Positions 8,514 through 15,291 of a stretch of DNA of 33,957 bases are shown piece after piece; the first letter of the stretch is position 1, and every line of letters begins with the position of its first letter. A program made the position numbers and the translations under genes. This DNA comes from a bacterium (GTDB taxonomy: Bacteria > Patescibacteriota > Minisyncoccia > Phycocordibacterales > SBAW01). The stretch is taken from positions 1 to 33,957 of the forward strand of contig JAKAHS010000003.1 in assembly GCA_021814825.1 (NCBI GenBank), written 5' to 3'. The notes beneath the pieces are model-generated. The model ran no database searches. It was not told the origin of the DNA and was given only the letters and a program-made list of their open reading frames with translations.

Positions 8514-10733
8514 CTACAGCGCGGCAGGAGTGCTCGTTGAGAGCGGCGTGATGAGCGGCGCGGGGCCGACGGTGATCGTCGAGCCGGGCGCGCACGACTG
8601 CCCTGAGGTGGAGATCCAGCGCTGCACCGCCGCTTCCCAATACGGATACTGCGGATCCTGGCTTTGATCGCGCGGCGCGGCGCCAGTCGGGTCATCTTTG
8701 TTTATCCAGTACAGGATGTTGTGCACGTTGCACGGCACCTGCTCAATGCCACCCACGATCGTGGCGTCGCCCCCCTGCCACACACCCTGCAACACCGGCT
8801 TGCCAGAGATGAGCGGCACCTCGCTGCGCTGGAATGTCGAGTTCGGTTCTTTGGAAATGACATAATCCATCACCTCATGCCACATGGGTGCCAAAATGAA
8901 ACCGGCGATGTTCTTCGTCATAGGCGTATTGTCATTATTGCCAGCCCACGAACCCACGACGACATTCGGCGTGTAGCCGATGACCCACGCGTCGCGGTAG
9001 TCGTTGGTCGTACCGGTCTTCACCGCTACGTCATGACCAGGGAAATAGAGCGCCGAATCTGCGCCGAACTCCGGTGTGCGCGCCACATTATCCGAAAGAA
9101 CGTCATTGATCTCACCGGTCACTTGCGGCGTGAGTATCTGCGTCCCGACCGGCTGCGTGTTGTCCTCAACGATGTCCCCACTCGAGTCTTTGATCTGTAA
9201 TACGCTGACCGGAGCGAAGTGCGTACCGTTCGTCGCGAACGTGCCGTAGGCGCTCGTCATCTCAAGGAGCGACACTTCACCGCCGCCGAGCACGAGTGTC
9301 AGACCATACTGGTTAGGATCACCGAGCGATGAAATACCCATCGCGCGCGCTAGTTCGAACGTATCATTGATGCCAGCAAGATAGAGTACTTCGACCGAGG
9401 GCACGTTGATCGATTGCGCAAGCGCATCACGCAGCGACATCGGTCCGCGCCACTTCCCATCGAAGTCGCCGGGCGAGTAGCATTTGTTCACCCCGCCCAT
9501 GGTGAGGTCGTCCGGTTTGCAATTGGTCGAGAATTGGGTCGGCACGTCGAAGAGTACCGTATCTGGCGTGTAGCCTTTTTGGAATGCGATCGAATACGCG
9601 AATGGCTTGAAGGTCGAACCAGGCTGGCGGTTCTTCGAGACGGCGACATTGAAGTTGCCATCGATCTGCGTGTCGAAGTAATTGCGTGACCCTACCATCA
9701 CCAAGATCTGACCATTGTTCGGGTCGAGCGCAATGAAGCCGGTGTTGGACGCATTGTAATTCTTCTCGATGGCCGGCATGTCTTTTTGCACGATCGCTTC
9801 GGCATGCGCTTGCAGGTCGGCGTCGAGCGTTGAGATGACCGTCCAGCCATTCTGATCAAGCGCATCTGCGCCATATTTCTGTTCGAGGTATTGTTCGACA
9901 TAAAATACGAAGTGCGGCGCTTGGATGGCTGTTGCTTTTTGCGGCTGGAAATGGACGACCGCCGCCTTGGCATCGTCGCGCTGTGCCGATGTTATGTATC
10001 CTTGCTCGAACATCTTATCGAGCACGATATTCTTGAGCGCGTCGAGCGTATCTTTATGATTGCCGTACGGCGAGTAGTAAGTGGGGGCGGAGAGAACCGC
10101 GGCAAGATAGGCGGCTTCCGGCAACGTCACGTCGCTTGCGGGGACGCCGAAGAATTGCTCGCTCGCTTCCTGCACGCCATAGATGGCGCCGCCGTAGGGC
10201 GCTTGGTTGAGGTAGATCTCAAGGATCTGATCCTTCGGCAACACGCGCGTGAGTTTAAGCGACAGCACGAGTTCTTTGAGTTTGCGTGTGAAGGTCTTGT
10301 CGGTAGAGAGGATGGTCTGGCGCACCACCTGTTGCGTGAGCGTCGAGCCGCCTTGAGATTTGTTGAGGGTCAGGATGTCGACGATACCGGCACGAAGGAT
10401 AGCCAGAGGATCGATACCGATGTTGGAGTAGAAGGTCGGGTCTTCCATGGCGATCGTCGCATGCTGGATGTCCGGCGAAACGCTCGAAAGCGGCACGATC
10501 GTGCGATCGATATTCTTGTTGACGTCGTAGAGGAGCACGGTACCGGTGCGATCGTAGATCTTCAGCGACTGTTCGATCTTCCGGTTCTCGATCGATGAGA
10601 GATCGGGGATCTTGAGCGTGGCGGTCCAGATGAGTAAGGCGCCGCTTATCGCGAAGAAGAGACCGACGGTCCACATAAGCAGAGCGCGCCAGTGTCGGCG
10701 GATGAACGAAAACCCGCGATGAGGAGCCATCAT
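8514..10733 (-). CDS. Class A penicillin-binding protein (PBP1A family)
   Basis: TM anchor; EDPTFY and GGSTLTQQ transglycosylase motifs; STFK, SIN and KTGT transpeptidase motifs. Confidence 0.95.
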   Translation of the reverse strand: MMAPHRGFSFIRRHWRALLMWTVGLFFAISGALLIWTATLKIPDLSSIENRKIEQSLKIYDRTGTVLLYDVNKNIDRTIVPLSSVSPDIQHATIAMEDPTFYSNIGIDPLAILRAGIVDILTLNKSQGGSTLTQQVVRQTILSTDKTFTRKLKELVLSLKLTRVLPKDQILEIYLNQAPYGGAIYGVQEASEQFFGVPASDVTLPEAAYLAAVLSAPTYYSPYGNHKDTLDALKNIVLDKMFEQGYITSAQRDDAKAAVVHFQPQKATAIQAPHFVFYVEQYLEQKYGADALDQNGWTVISTLDADLQAHAEAIVQKDMPAIEKNYNASNTGFIALDPNNGQILVMVGSRNYFDTQIDGNFNVAVSKNRQPGSTFKPFAYSIAFQKGYTPDTVLFDVPTQFSTNCKPDDLTMGGVNKCYSPGDFDGKWRGPMSLRDALAQSINVPSVEVLYLAGINDTFELARAMGISSLGDPNQYGLTLVLGGGEVSLLEMTSAYGTFATNGTHFAPVSVLQIKDSSGDIVEDNTQPVGTQILTPQVTGEINDVLSDNVARTPEFGADSALYFPGHDVAVKTGTTNDYRDAWVIGYTPNVVVGSWAGNNDNTPMTKNIAGFILAPMWHEVMDYVISKEPNSTFQRSEVPLISGKPVLQGVWQGGDATIVGGIEQVPCNVHNILYWINKDDPTGAAPRDQSQDPQYPYWEAAVQRWISTSGQSCAPGSTITVGPAPLITPLSTSTPAAL

Positions 10734-10790
10734 TGCATGGATTATACCATGCGTCCTGCGCCCCGCGCCCTTGCGTGGTATAGTGTTTCC

Positions 10791-11987
10791 ATGAATAAGC
10801 CCGTTTCGACCGACGAAAAGAAGATCGACGAAGTTCTTTCGCGCGGCGTGACCGAGGTCATCGCGAAAGAAGATCTGCGCAAGAAGCTGCTCTCCGGCGA
10901 GCGTCTGCGCATCAAGCTTGGCATCGACCCGACATCGCCTGACCTACATCTTGGCCGTGCGGTAGCGCTTCTTAAAATGCGCGACTTCCAAGAGTTGGGG
11001 CATCAAGCGGTGTTCATTGTCGGCGATTTCACTGCGGTCATCGGCGATACGTCGGACAAGGAGGCTGAGCGCCCGATGCTGACGCGCGAGGCGGTCGCGC
11101 AGAATGAAGCGACATACAAAGAACAGGCAGGCAAACTCATCGACCTCTCCGCAGCGGAATTTCATCACAACAGCGAGTGGCTCGGCGCGCTCACTTACGC
11201 TGAGATCGGCGAGCAGGCAGATGCGTTTTCTGTCGCCGACTTCATCGCACGCGATAATATCGCGCGCCGACTTGAAGCGGGGAAGCGCGTTTCGCTGCGC
11301 GAAGTACTCTACCCGCTCATGCAAGGTTACGATAGCGTGGCAGTGCGCGCCGATGTCGAGCTCGGCGGCACTGACCAGAAATTCAATCTGCTTGCCGGGC
11401 GTAAGCTCCAGGAGAAATATGGCCAGGCCCCGCAGAACATCGTGATGGGGCCGCTGCTTGAAGGCACTGACGGCCGCAAGATGAGCTCGAGCTGGGGCAA
11501 CACGATCACCTTCGCTATGACGCCTTCGGACATGTACGGCAAGATCATGAGCATGCGCGACGAATTCATCGTGCGCTACTTTGAACTTTGCACACGCATC
11601 CCCATGGCCGACGTCCATGAGATCAAGCAGACGCTTGCAAGCGGCGCGCTTCATCCCAAAGATGCCAAGATGCGTCTCGCGCGCGAGATCGTTACCATCT
11701 ACCATGGCGCAGCTGAGGCGCAGAGCGCCGAGGCGTCGTGGGCGACGACCTTCAGTGAAGGCGGCGTGCCGGAGGATGCGCCGACCGTCGAGGTTGCAAA
11801 TGGCACGGCTCTGCGCGAGGTCCTGAAAGATATTGCCGGCTCCACAAGCGAGCTGCGTCGCCTCGTCGACGCACGCGCTGTTTCTGAGGTTGGGGGCCGC
11901 ACCTTCGAAACGATCGACGACACGATTACCGCGTCCGCAACCATCCGCATCGGCAAACACCGCTTCCTCAAGGTGGTGGTGAAGTAA
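10791..11987 (+). CDS. tyrS: Tyrosine--tRNA ligase
   Basis: GIDPTSPDLHLGR, YPLMQGYD, GGTDQKFN and KMSSS motifs; start at MNKPV, 6 nt behind TATAGT. Confidence 0.96.
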   Translation: MNKPVSTDEKKIDEVLSRGVTEVIAKEDLRKKLLSGERLRIKLGIDPTSPDLHLGRAVALLKMRDFQELGHQAVFIVGDFTAVIGDTSDKEAERPMLTREAVAQNEATYKEQAGKLIDLSAAEFHHNSEWLGALTYAEIGEQADAFSVADFIARDNIARRLEAGKRVSLREVLYPLMQGYDSVAVRADVELGGTDQKFNLLAGRKLQEKYGQAPQNIVMGPLLEGTDGRKMSSSWGNTITFAMTPSDMYGKIMSMRDEFIVRYFELCTRIPMADVHEIKQTLASGALHPKDAKMRLAREIVTIYHGAAEAQSAEASWATTFSEGGVPEDAPTVEVANGTALREVLKDIAGSTSELRRLVDARAVSEVGGRTFETIDDTITASATIRIGKHRFLKVVVK

Positions 11988-12009
11988 AAAATATGTCGGT
12001 CGAAAAACA

Positions 12010-12036
12010 AAACCGCCGGCGATATGCCGGCGGTTT
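12010..12036. terminator. Bidirectional terminator
   Basis: AAACCGCCGGC-GATAT-GCCGGCGGTTT. Confidence 0.8.
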
Positions 12037-12037
12037 C

Positions 12038-12205
12038 TTATATGAATTCGTCCGCGTCTTCCTCTTCCGCCTCGCCTCCAGGGACGGGGTCTTCGCTTTC
12101 ATCATCAAGCTCGCCATCATCCCAGTCGGCATCGTCGCCGTCATCGGCAAGTCCGTGCTTGGGGAATTCGCCCTCTTCAAGTTCCTCTTCCAACTCGTCA
12201 CGCAT
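12038..12205 (-). CDS. 55-aa highly acidic protein (absent from the ORF track)
   Basis: MRDELEEELEEGEFPKHGLADDGDDADWDDGELDDESEDPVPGGEAEEEDADEFI*; ends at the terminator; candidate promoter TTGCAA-N16-TACAAC at 12248-12275. Confidence 0.7.
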   Translation of the reverse strand: MRDELEEELEEGEFPKHGLADDGDDADWDDGELDDESEDPVPGGEAEEEDADEFI

Positions 12206-12317
12206 AAACTCTACAACAATTAACTTTTTAATTTACGTACATCAACTGTTGTACCAAACCAAAAAAAGTTTGCAACTCTCAGAAAAGTGCTCTCTGTGGA
12301 TACTCTAAAAACTCACG

Positions 12318-12788
12318 TTATCGGATCGATGCGAGACAGGTAAGACCCACCGCAATCGCGTCGATCTCATCATCGAGCCGCTTGCGCGCGGGAAGCGTCA
12401 CAAGCCGCGGCACCATTGCAGCGACTGCTGCCTTGTCGCTCTTGCCGTAGCCGGTGACCGCCACTTTTACCTGCAGCGGCGTATATTCATAGAGCGGCAG
12501 ATCGTGTGTCGCTGCGATGTAGGCGAGCACGCCGCGCACTGCCGCAACATTGATCGCAGTCTTTGCATTCTTTTCGAAATAGACATTCTCAAGCGCGACC
12601 GCGTCCGGCGAGAACCGCGCGATGGCCGCCTCGACTTCCGCGCCGAGCATGTGCAGACGCTCATGAAAGGGAATTTCTTTCGGTGTCTGCGCGCACGCTG
12701 AATGGATGAGCGTATCCTTTCCGCCCACGCGCTCCACCACGGCGATACCGAGTCGCTCAAAGCCAGGATCGAAAGCGAGGATTTTCAT
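12318..12788 (-). CDS. ruvC: Holliday junction resolvase RuvC
   Basis: ILAFDPG, ALE, EYTPLQVK.AVTGYG and DDEIDAIAV motifs. Confidence 0.95.
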   Translation of the reverse strand: MKILAFDPGFERLGIAVVERVGGKDTLIHSACAQTPKEIPFHERLHMLGAEVEAAIARFSPDAVALENVYFEKNAKTAINVAAVRGVLAYIAATHDLPLYEYTPLQVKVAVTGYGKSDKAAVAAMVPRLVTLPARKRLDDEIDAIAVGLTCLASIR

Positions 12789-12821
12789 AAGTCACCACAA
12801 AACATGTGTATCTCGGCAAGA

Positions 12822-12944
12822 ACATGCCGCAGATTCTCGATGCGGCTTCGGATGCTGGAGCGAAAAATATGAGGAGACGTACTCCGGTACGATGACGAAT
12901 ATTTTCCGCGAAGCGCCGAAGCGGCGCGAAAAGATGCGGTATGT
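12822..12944. repeat. About 123-nt imperfect palindromic element (REP/MITE-like or structured RNA)
   Basis: Nested pairings ACATGCCGCA/TGCGGTATGT, GCTTCGG/CCGAAGC, AAAATAT/ATATTTT and CGTAC/GTACG. Confidence 0.6.
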
Positions 12945-12960
12945 GCGCGGCTCAACATCA

Positions 12961-13491
12961 TTACGCGGCGTTAGTATACACCTCACTCACATCATCATGA
13001 TCATCAAGCGCGTCGACCAAGTTGGAGAGCTTCTCGCCGTCCTCATCGGAGAGCTCGACGGTCGTGGTCGCCTCATAACCTTCGTCGGTCTTGGTGAATG
13101 CCCAGATGGCAGCGCCCGGATTGGCTAGTGCGCCGTTATTCTTTGAGAGAAGATGTTTGAGTTCTTGCACGGTGCGATTGCGATTGTCGGTGTAGCCTTC
13201 GATGATGATCGCGACGCCGGCAGGACCGTATGCTTCGTAGAGCACCGGCTCGAGCTCCGCGCCGCCCGCCGCGGACGCCTTGTCGACCGCGCGGTCGATG
13301 TTGTCAGAAGGGACGTTGGCGGCGCGCGCTTTGTCGATGGCAGCGCGCAGAGACGGCGCGGTGCGGTCACCTTTCGCTTTCTTAGCCTCGACTGAGATGA
13401 CGCGCAAGAGTTTGGAAAAAATCTTCGCCTTGCGAACATCAGTGATCGCTTTTTGATGTTTGAGCTTTGCCCACTTGGAATGACCGGCCAT
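12961..13491 (-). CDS. yebC: YebC/PmpR family protein (short form)
   Basis: MAGHSKWAK, YEAYGPAG, TDNRNRT and DDVSEVYTN motifs. Confidence 0.95.
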   Translation of the reverse strand: MAGHSKWAKLKHQKAITDVRKAKIFSKLLRVISVEAKKAKGDRTAPSLRAAIDKARAANVPSDNIDRAVDKASAAGGAELEPVLYEAYGPAGVAIIIEGYTDNRNRTVQELKHLLSKNNGALANPGAAIWAFTKTDEGYEATTTVELSDEDGEKLSNLVDALDDHDDVSEVYTNAA

Positions 13492-13495
13492 AAAT

Positions 13496-13530
13496 TAGGT
13501 GGTAGGTGTTAGCTTGTAGGTGTTAGGTAG
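13496..13530. repeat. Heptamer tandem repeat
   Basis: TAGGTGG TAGGTGT TAGCTTG TAGGTGT TAGGTAG. Confidence 0.65.
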
Positions 13531-13577
13531 AAATCAAAACATACCCAACACATTCATTGTAGCGTGGCGGCGAGAGC

Positions 13578-13605
13578 TTGACAAATTGCATAATAAATGT
13601 ACACT
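13578..13605 (+). promoter_or_regulatory. Sigma70 promoter of the DGR target gene
   Basis: TTGACA-N16-TACACT. Confidence 0.7.
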
Positions 13606-13634
13606 AATTCCAGTTCTTTGATAGCGGATCAGTA

Positions 13635-13687
13635 TTCGCCACAGCAGAAAGCGGCTTAACCTATAGGCCATTCTCTGCTGTGGCGAA
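13635..13687 (+). promoter_or_regulatory. 5' UTR hairpin of the DGR target
   Basis: TTCGCCACAGCAGA / TCTGCTGTGGCGAA perfect 14-bp stem, imperfectly extendable inward. Confidence 0.65.
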
Positions 13688-13745
13688 ACCCGTCGGGCTA
13701 GCTTGAACAGTGCTGTAAAAACGCTCTCACCTAAAGGAGTCCATC

Positions 13746-14381
13746 ATGAGCGAACAACAGAACCAGATCAGCGTTCTCGCTGGCGCATTGGTGACGCACC
13801 AACGCCGCTTTAGCAAAATGCCCACGGAAGATCGCCAGTGGGCGATTCAGAACACGGAAGAGGCGATCGGCTTGTTTGCCGAAGCGGTGAAGAACCGTAA
13901 CGGCAAGGCGACCGAGACGAAGAAAGCAGATACCAGCCTCATCGCGCCCAACGGCATTGAGTTGCCGGAGGGGACGGTCATCCGTCGCACCCGTGTCGAC
14001 CCTATGCGTACCCCGCAGGAAGTCATCGCAGCTACCGGTCGCAAACCGTACGTCAACGATTGTGTCCTCGCGACGATGCCTCAAAGCGAAGGTGGCGAGA
14101 TCGATGTGTACTTCCTCCCGACCAAGCGCTTCATGCCGATGAAAGAAGTCACGGCATTTCTCGCGCAATACGGTCTCGTGTCGAATCCGCGCGCGCAAGC
14201 GTCAGCGAACGAAGACAATCCGGCCTTCGCTGACAAGTATCCGAACGGTTCGCAGTGGGGCAATAATTGCTACCTGACGTTCGGTCGGTGGAGCGGCGAC
14301 CGGGGCGTGCGCTGCCGCCGCGACGACGGCGGCTGGAGCGGCGGCTGGTTCCTGTCTGGCGTCCCGGCTTCCCGCAATTAG
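13746..14381 (+). CDS. DGR target (variable) protein; C-terminal variable region probably of C-type lectin fold
   Basis: AAGGAG RBS; C-terminus CYLTFGRWSGDRGVRCRRDDGGWSGGWFLSGVPASRN is encoded by VR; no signal peptide or TM helix seen. Confidence 0.92.
   Translation: MSEQQNQISVLAGALVTHQRRFSKMPTEDRQWAIQNTEEAIGLFAEAVKNRNGKATETKKADTSLIAPNGIELPEGTVIRRTRVDPMRTPQEVIAATGRKPYVNDCVLATMPQSEGGEIDVYFLPTKRFMPMKEVTAFLAQYGLVSNPRAQASANEDNPAFADKYPNGSQWGNNCYLTFGRWSGDRGVRCRRDDGGWSGGWFLSGVPASRN
14266..14377 (+). repeat. DGR variable repeat (VR), with an invariant 3' IMH-like segment
   Basis: Aligns ungapped to 14762-14873 with 18 mismatches, all at TR adenines; last 32 nt (TGGTTCCTG...CCCGCAA) identical. Confidence 0.97.
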
Positions 14382-14432
14382 TACTCGGGACTCGGTCACT
14401 CGGTTCTCCTCAGAACCTTGGGACTTTGTCCT

Positions 14433-14462
14433 CGGGCTCGCATTCTCCTGAATGCGAGCCCG
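14433..14462. promoter_or_regulatory. Hairpin/cruciform downstream of VR (retrohoming signal and/or terminator)
   Basis: CGGGCTCGCATTC-TCCT-GAATGCGAGCCCG perfect 13-bp stem, followed by TTTTGTATTT. Confidence 0.8.
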
Positions 14463-14761
14463 TTTTGTATTTGGTATCATGTATGCGGTAGTAGGCGAAT
14501 ACGCAAGCGATTACGGTCTCTTGCTGCCGAGGCTAGTATCCATACATCGAGAATTTCTGCGATCACGGTTTCAGATAGGGCGGTGTATGCGACCAATTTT
14601 TCTTGGAGGTAATCCTCTTTAGAAAAATGGAAGTGCCTTTTTGAGGCTAGACACTTCAAAAAATGAAGATACTTGGTGTGGAGCACTCTGGCATTATGAT
14701 GCCGAATCAGATACAGTCCGGAGAACATTCGATGGGCAGTGGTACGGATGGCGCTTTACAC

Positions 14762-14873
14762 ATTGCTACCTGACGTTCAATCGGTGGAACGACGACCGGA
14801 ACGTGAACTGCAACCGCAACGACAACGACTGGAACGACAACTGGTTCCTGTCTGGCGTCCCGGCTTCCCGCAA
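14762..14873 (+). ncRNA. DGR template repeat (TR)
   Basis: AAC/GAC-rich copy of VR (8 AAC, 1 AAT and 5 GAC codons in the variable part). Confidence 0.95.
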
Positions 14874-14879
14874 CTCTCT

Positions 14880-15291
14880 TCATTTCTCGCCCGTGCCTCG
14901 CGGCATGGGCGAGTTTTGTTTCGTGAGTTGCCCGTTCCAGCCGCCGAGCATTTTACCCACTTCGTCGAGCTTTGAAGAAAGCAATACGTACTGTCTATTC
15001 TGTAACGACTTAGCTTCCCACAGGACCATCAGTAATAGTTTTGCGGTATCGAGTTTGCGGATGGCGAGTCGAACCCACGGCGCTTTTTCTCCGCGTGGAA
15101 GAAAAGCAGCATACGCAGTCGACTCTATTATCTCAACGAGCAGCGAGTCGATTTTTCCTCCGATGGTGTAGCGATGCAGTTTTGGGAGCGTAGAATAATA
15201 CTCATGCCACAGCAGGTAAGTTTGTTTGATGCGCTCCAACACCGGCAGCAGGTTTCTGGGGGGGGGCTTTAGCAGGACGGTCTTCACTCAT
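14880..15291 (-). CDS. avd: DGR accessory variability determinant Avd (four-helix bundle); proposed ATG 15291 is out of frame at the C9 tract (the ORF track uses GTG 15287)
   Basis: LPKLHRYTIGGKID...L.EVGKMLGGW signature; located between TR and RT. Confidence 0.88.
14886..14920 (+). terminator. Hairpin 3' of TR (terminator-like or DGR spacer RNA structure)
   Basis: CTCGCCCGTGCC-TCGC-GGCATGGGCGAG (12 bp, one G-U) followed by TTTTGTT. Confidence 0.65.

Noticed and set aside
10944-10961. TyrRS HLGR in place of HIGH as a sign of inactivation
   Set aside because: All other motifs are intact; treated as a lineage variant
12295-12303. DnaA-box-like TGTGGATAC
   Set aside because: Single mismatched copy away from the origin cluster; may be chance
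14477-14728. 83-aa minus-strand ORF between VR and TR
   Set aside because: No recognisable motif or start signal; cannot be supported, though a short gene remnant is not excluded
14641-15171. 176-aa ORF reading through TR
   Set aside because: TR is stop-free because it mirrors the VR frame, and the rest is antisense to avd; TTG start without RBS
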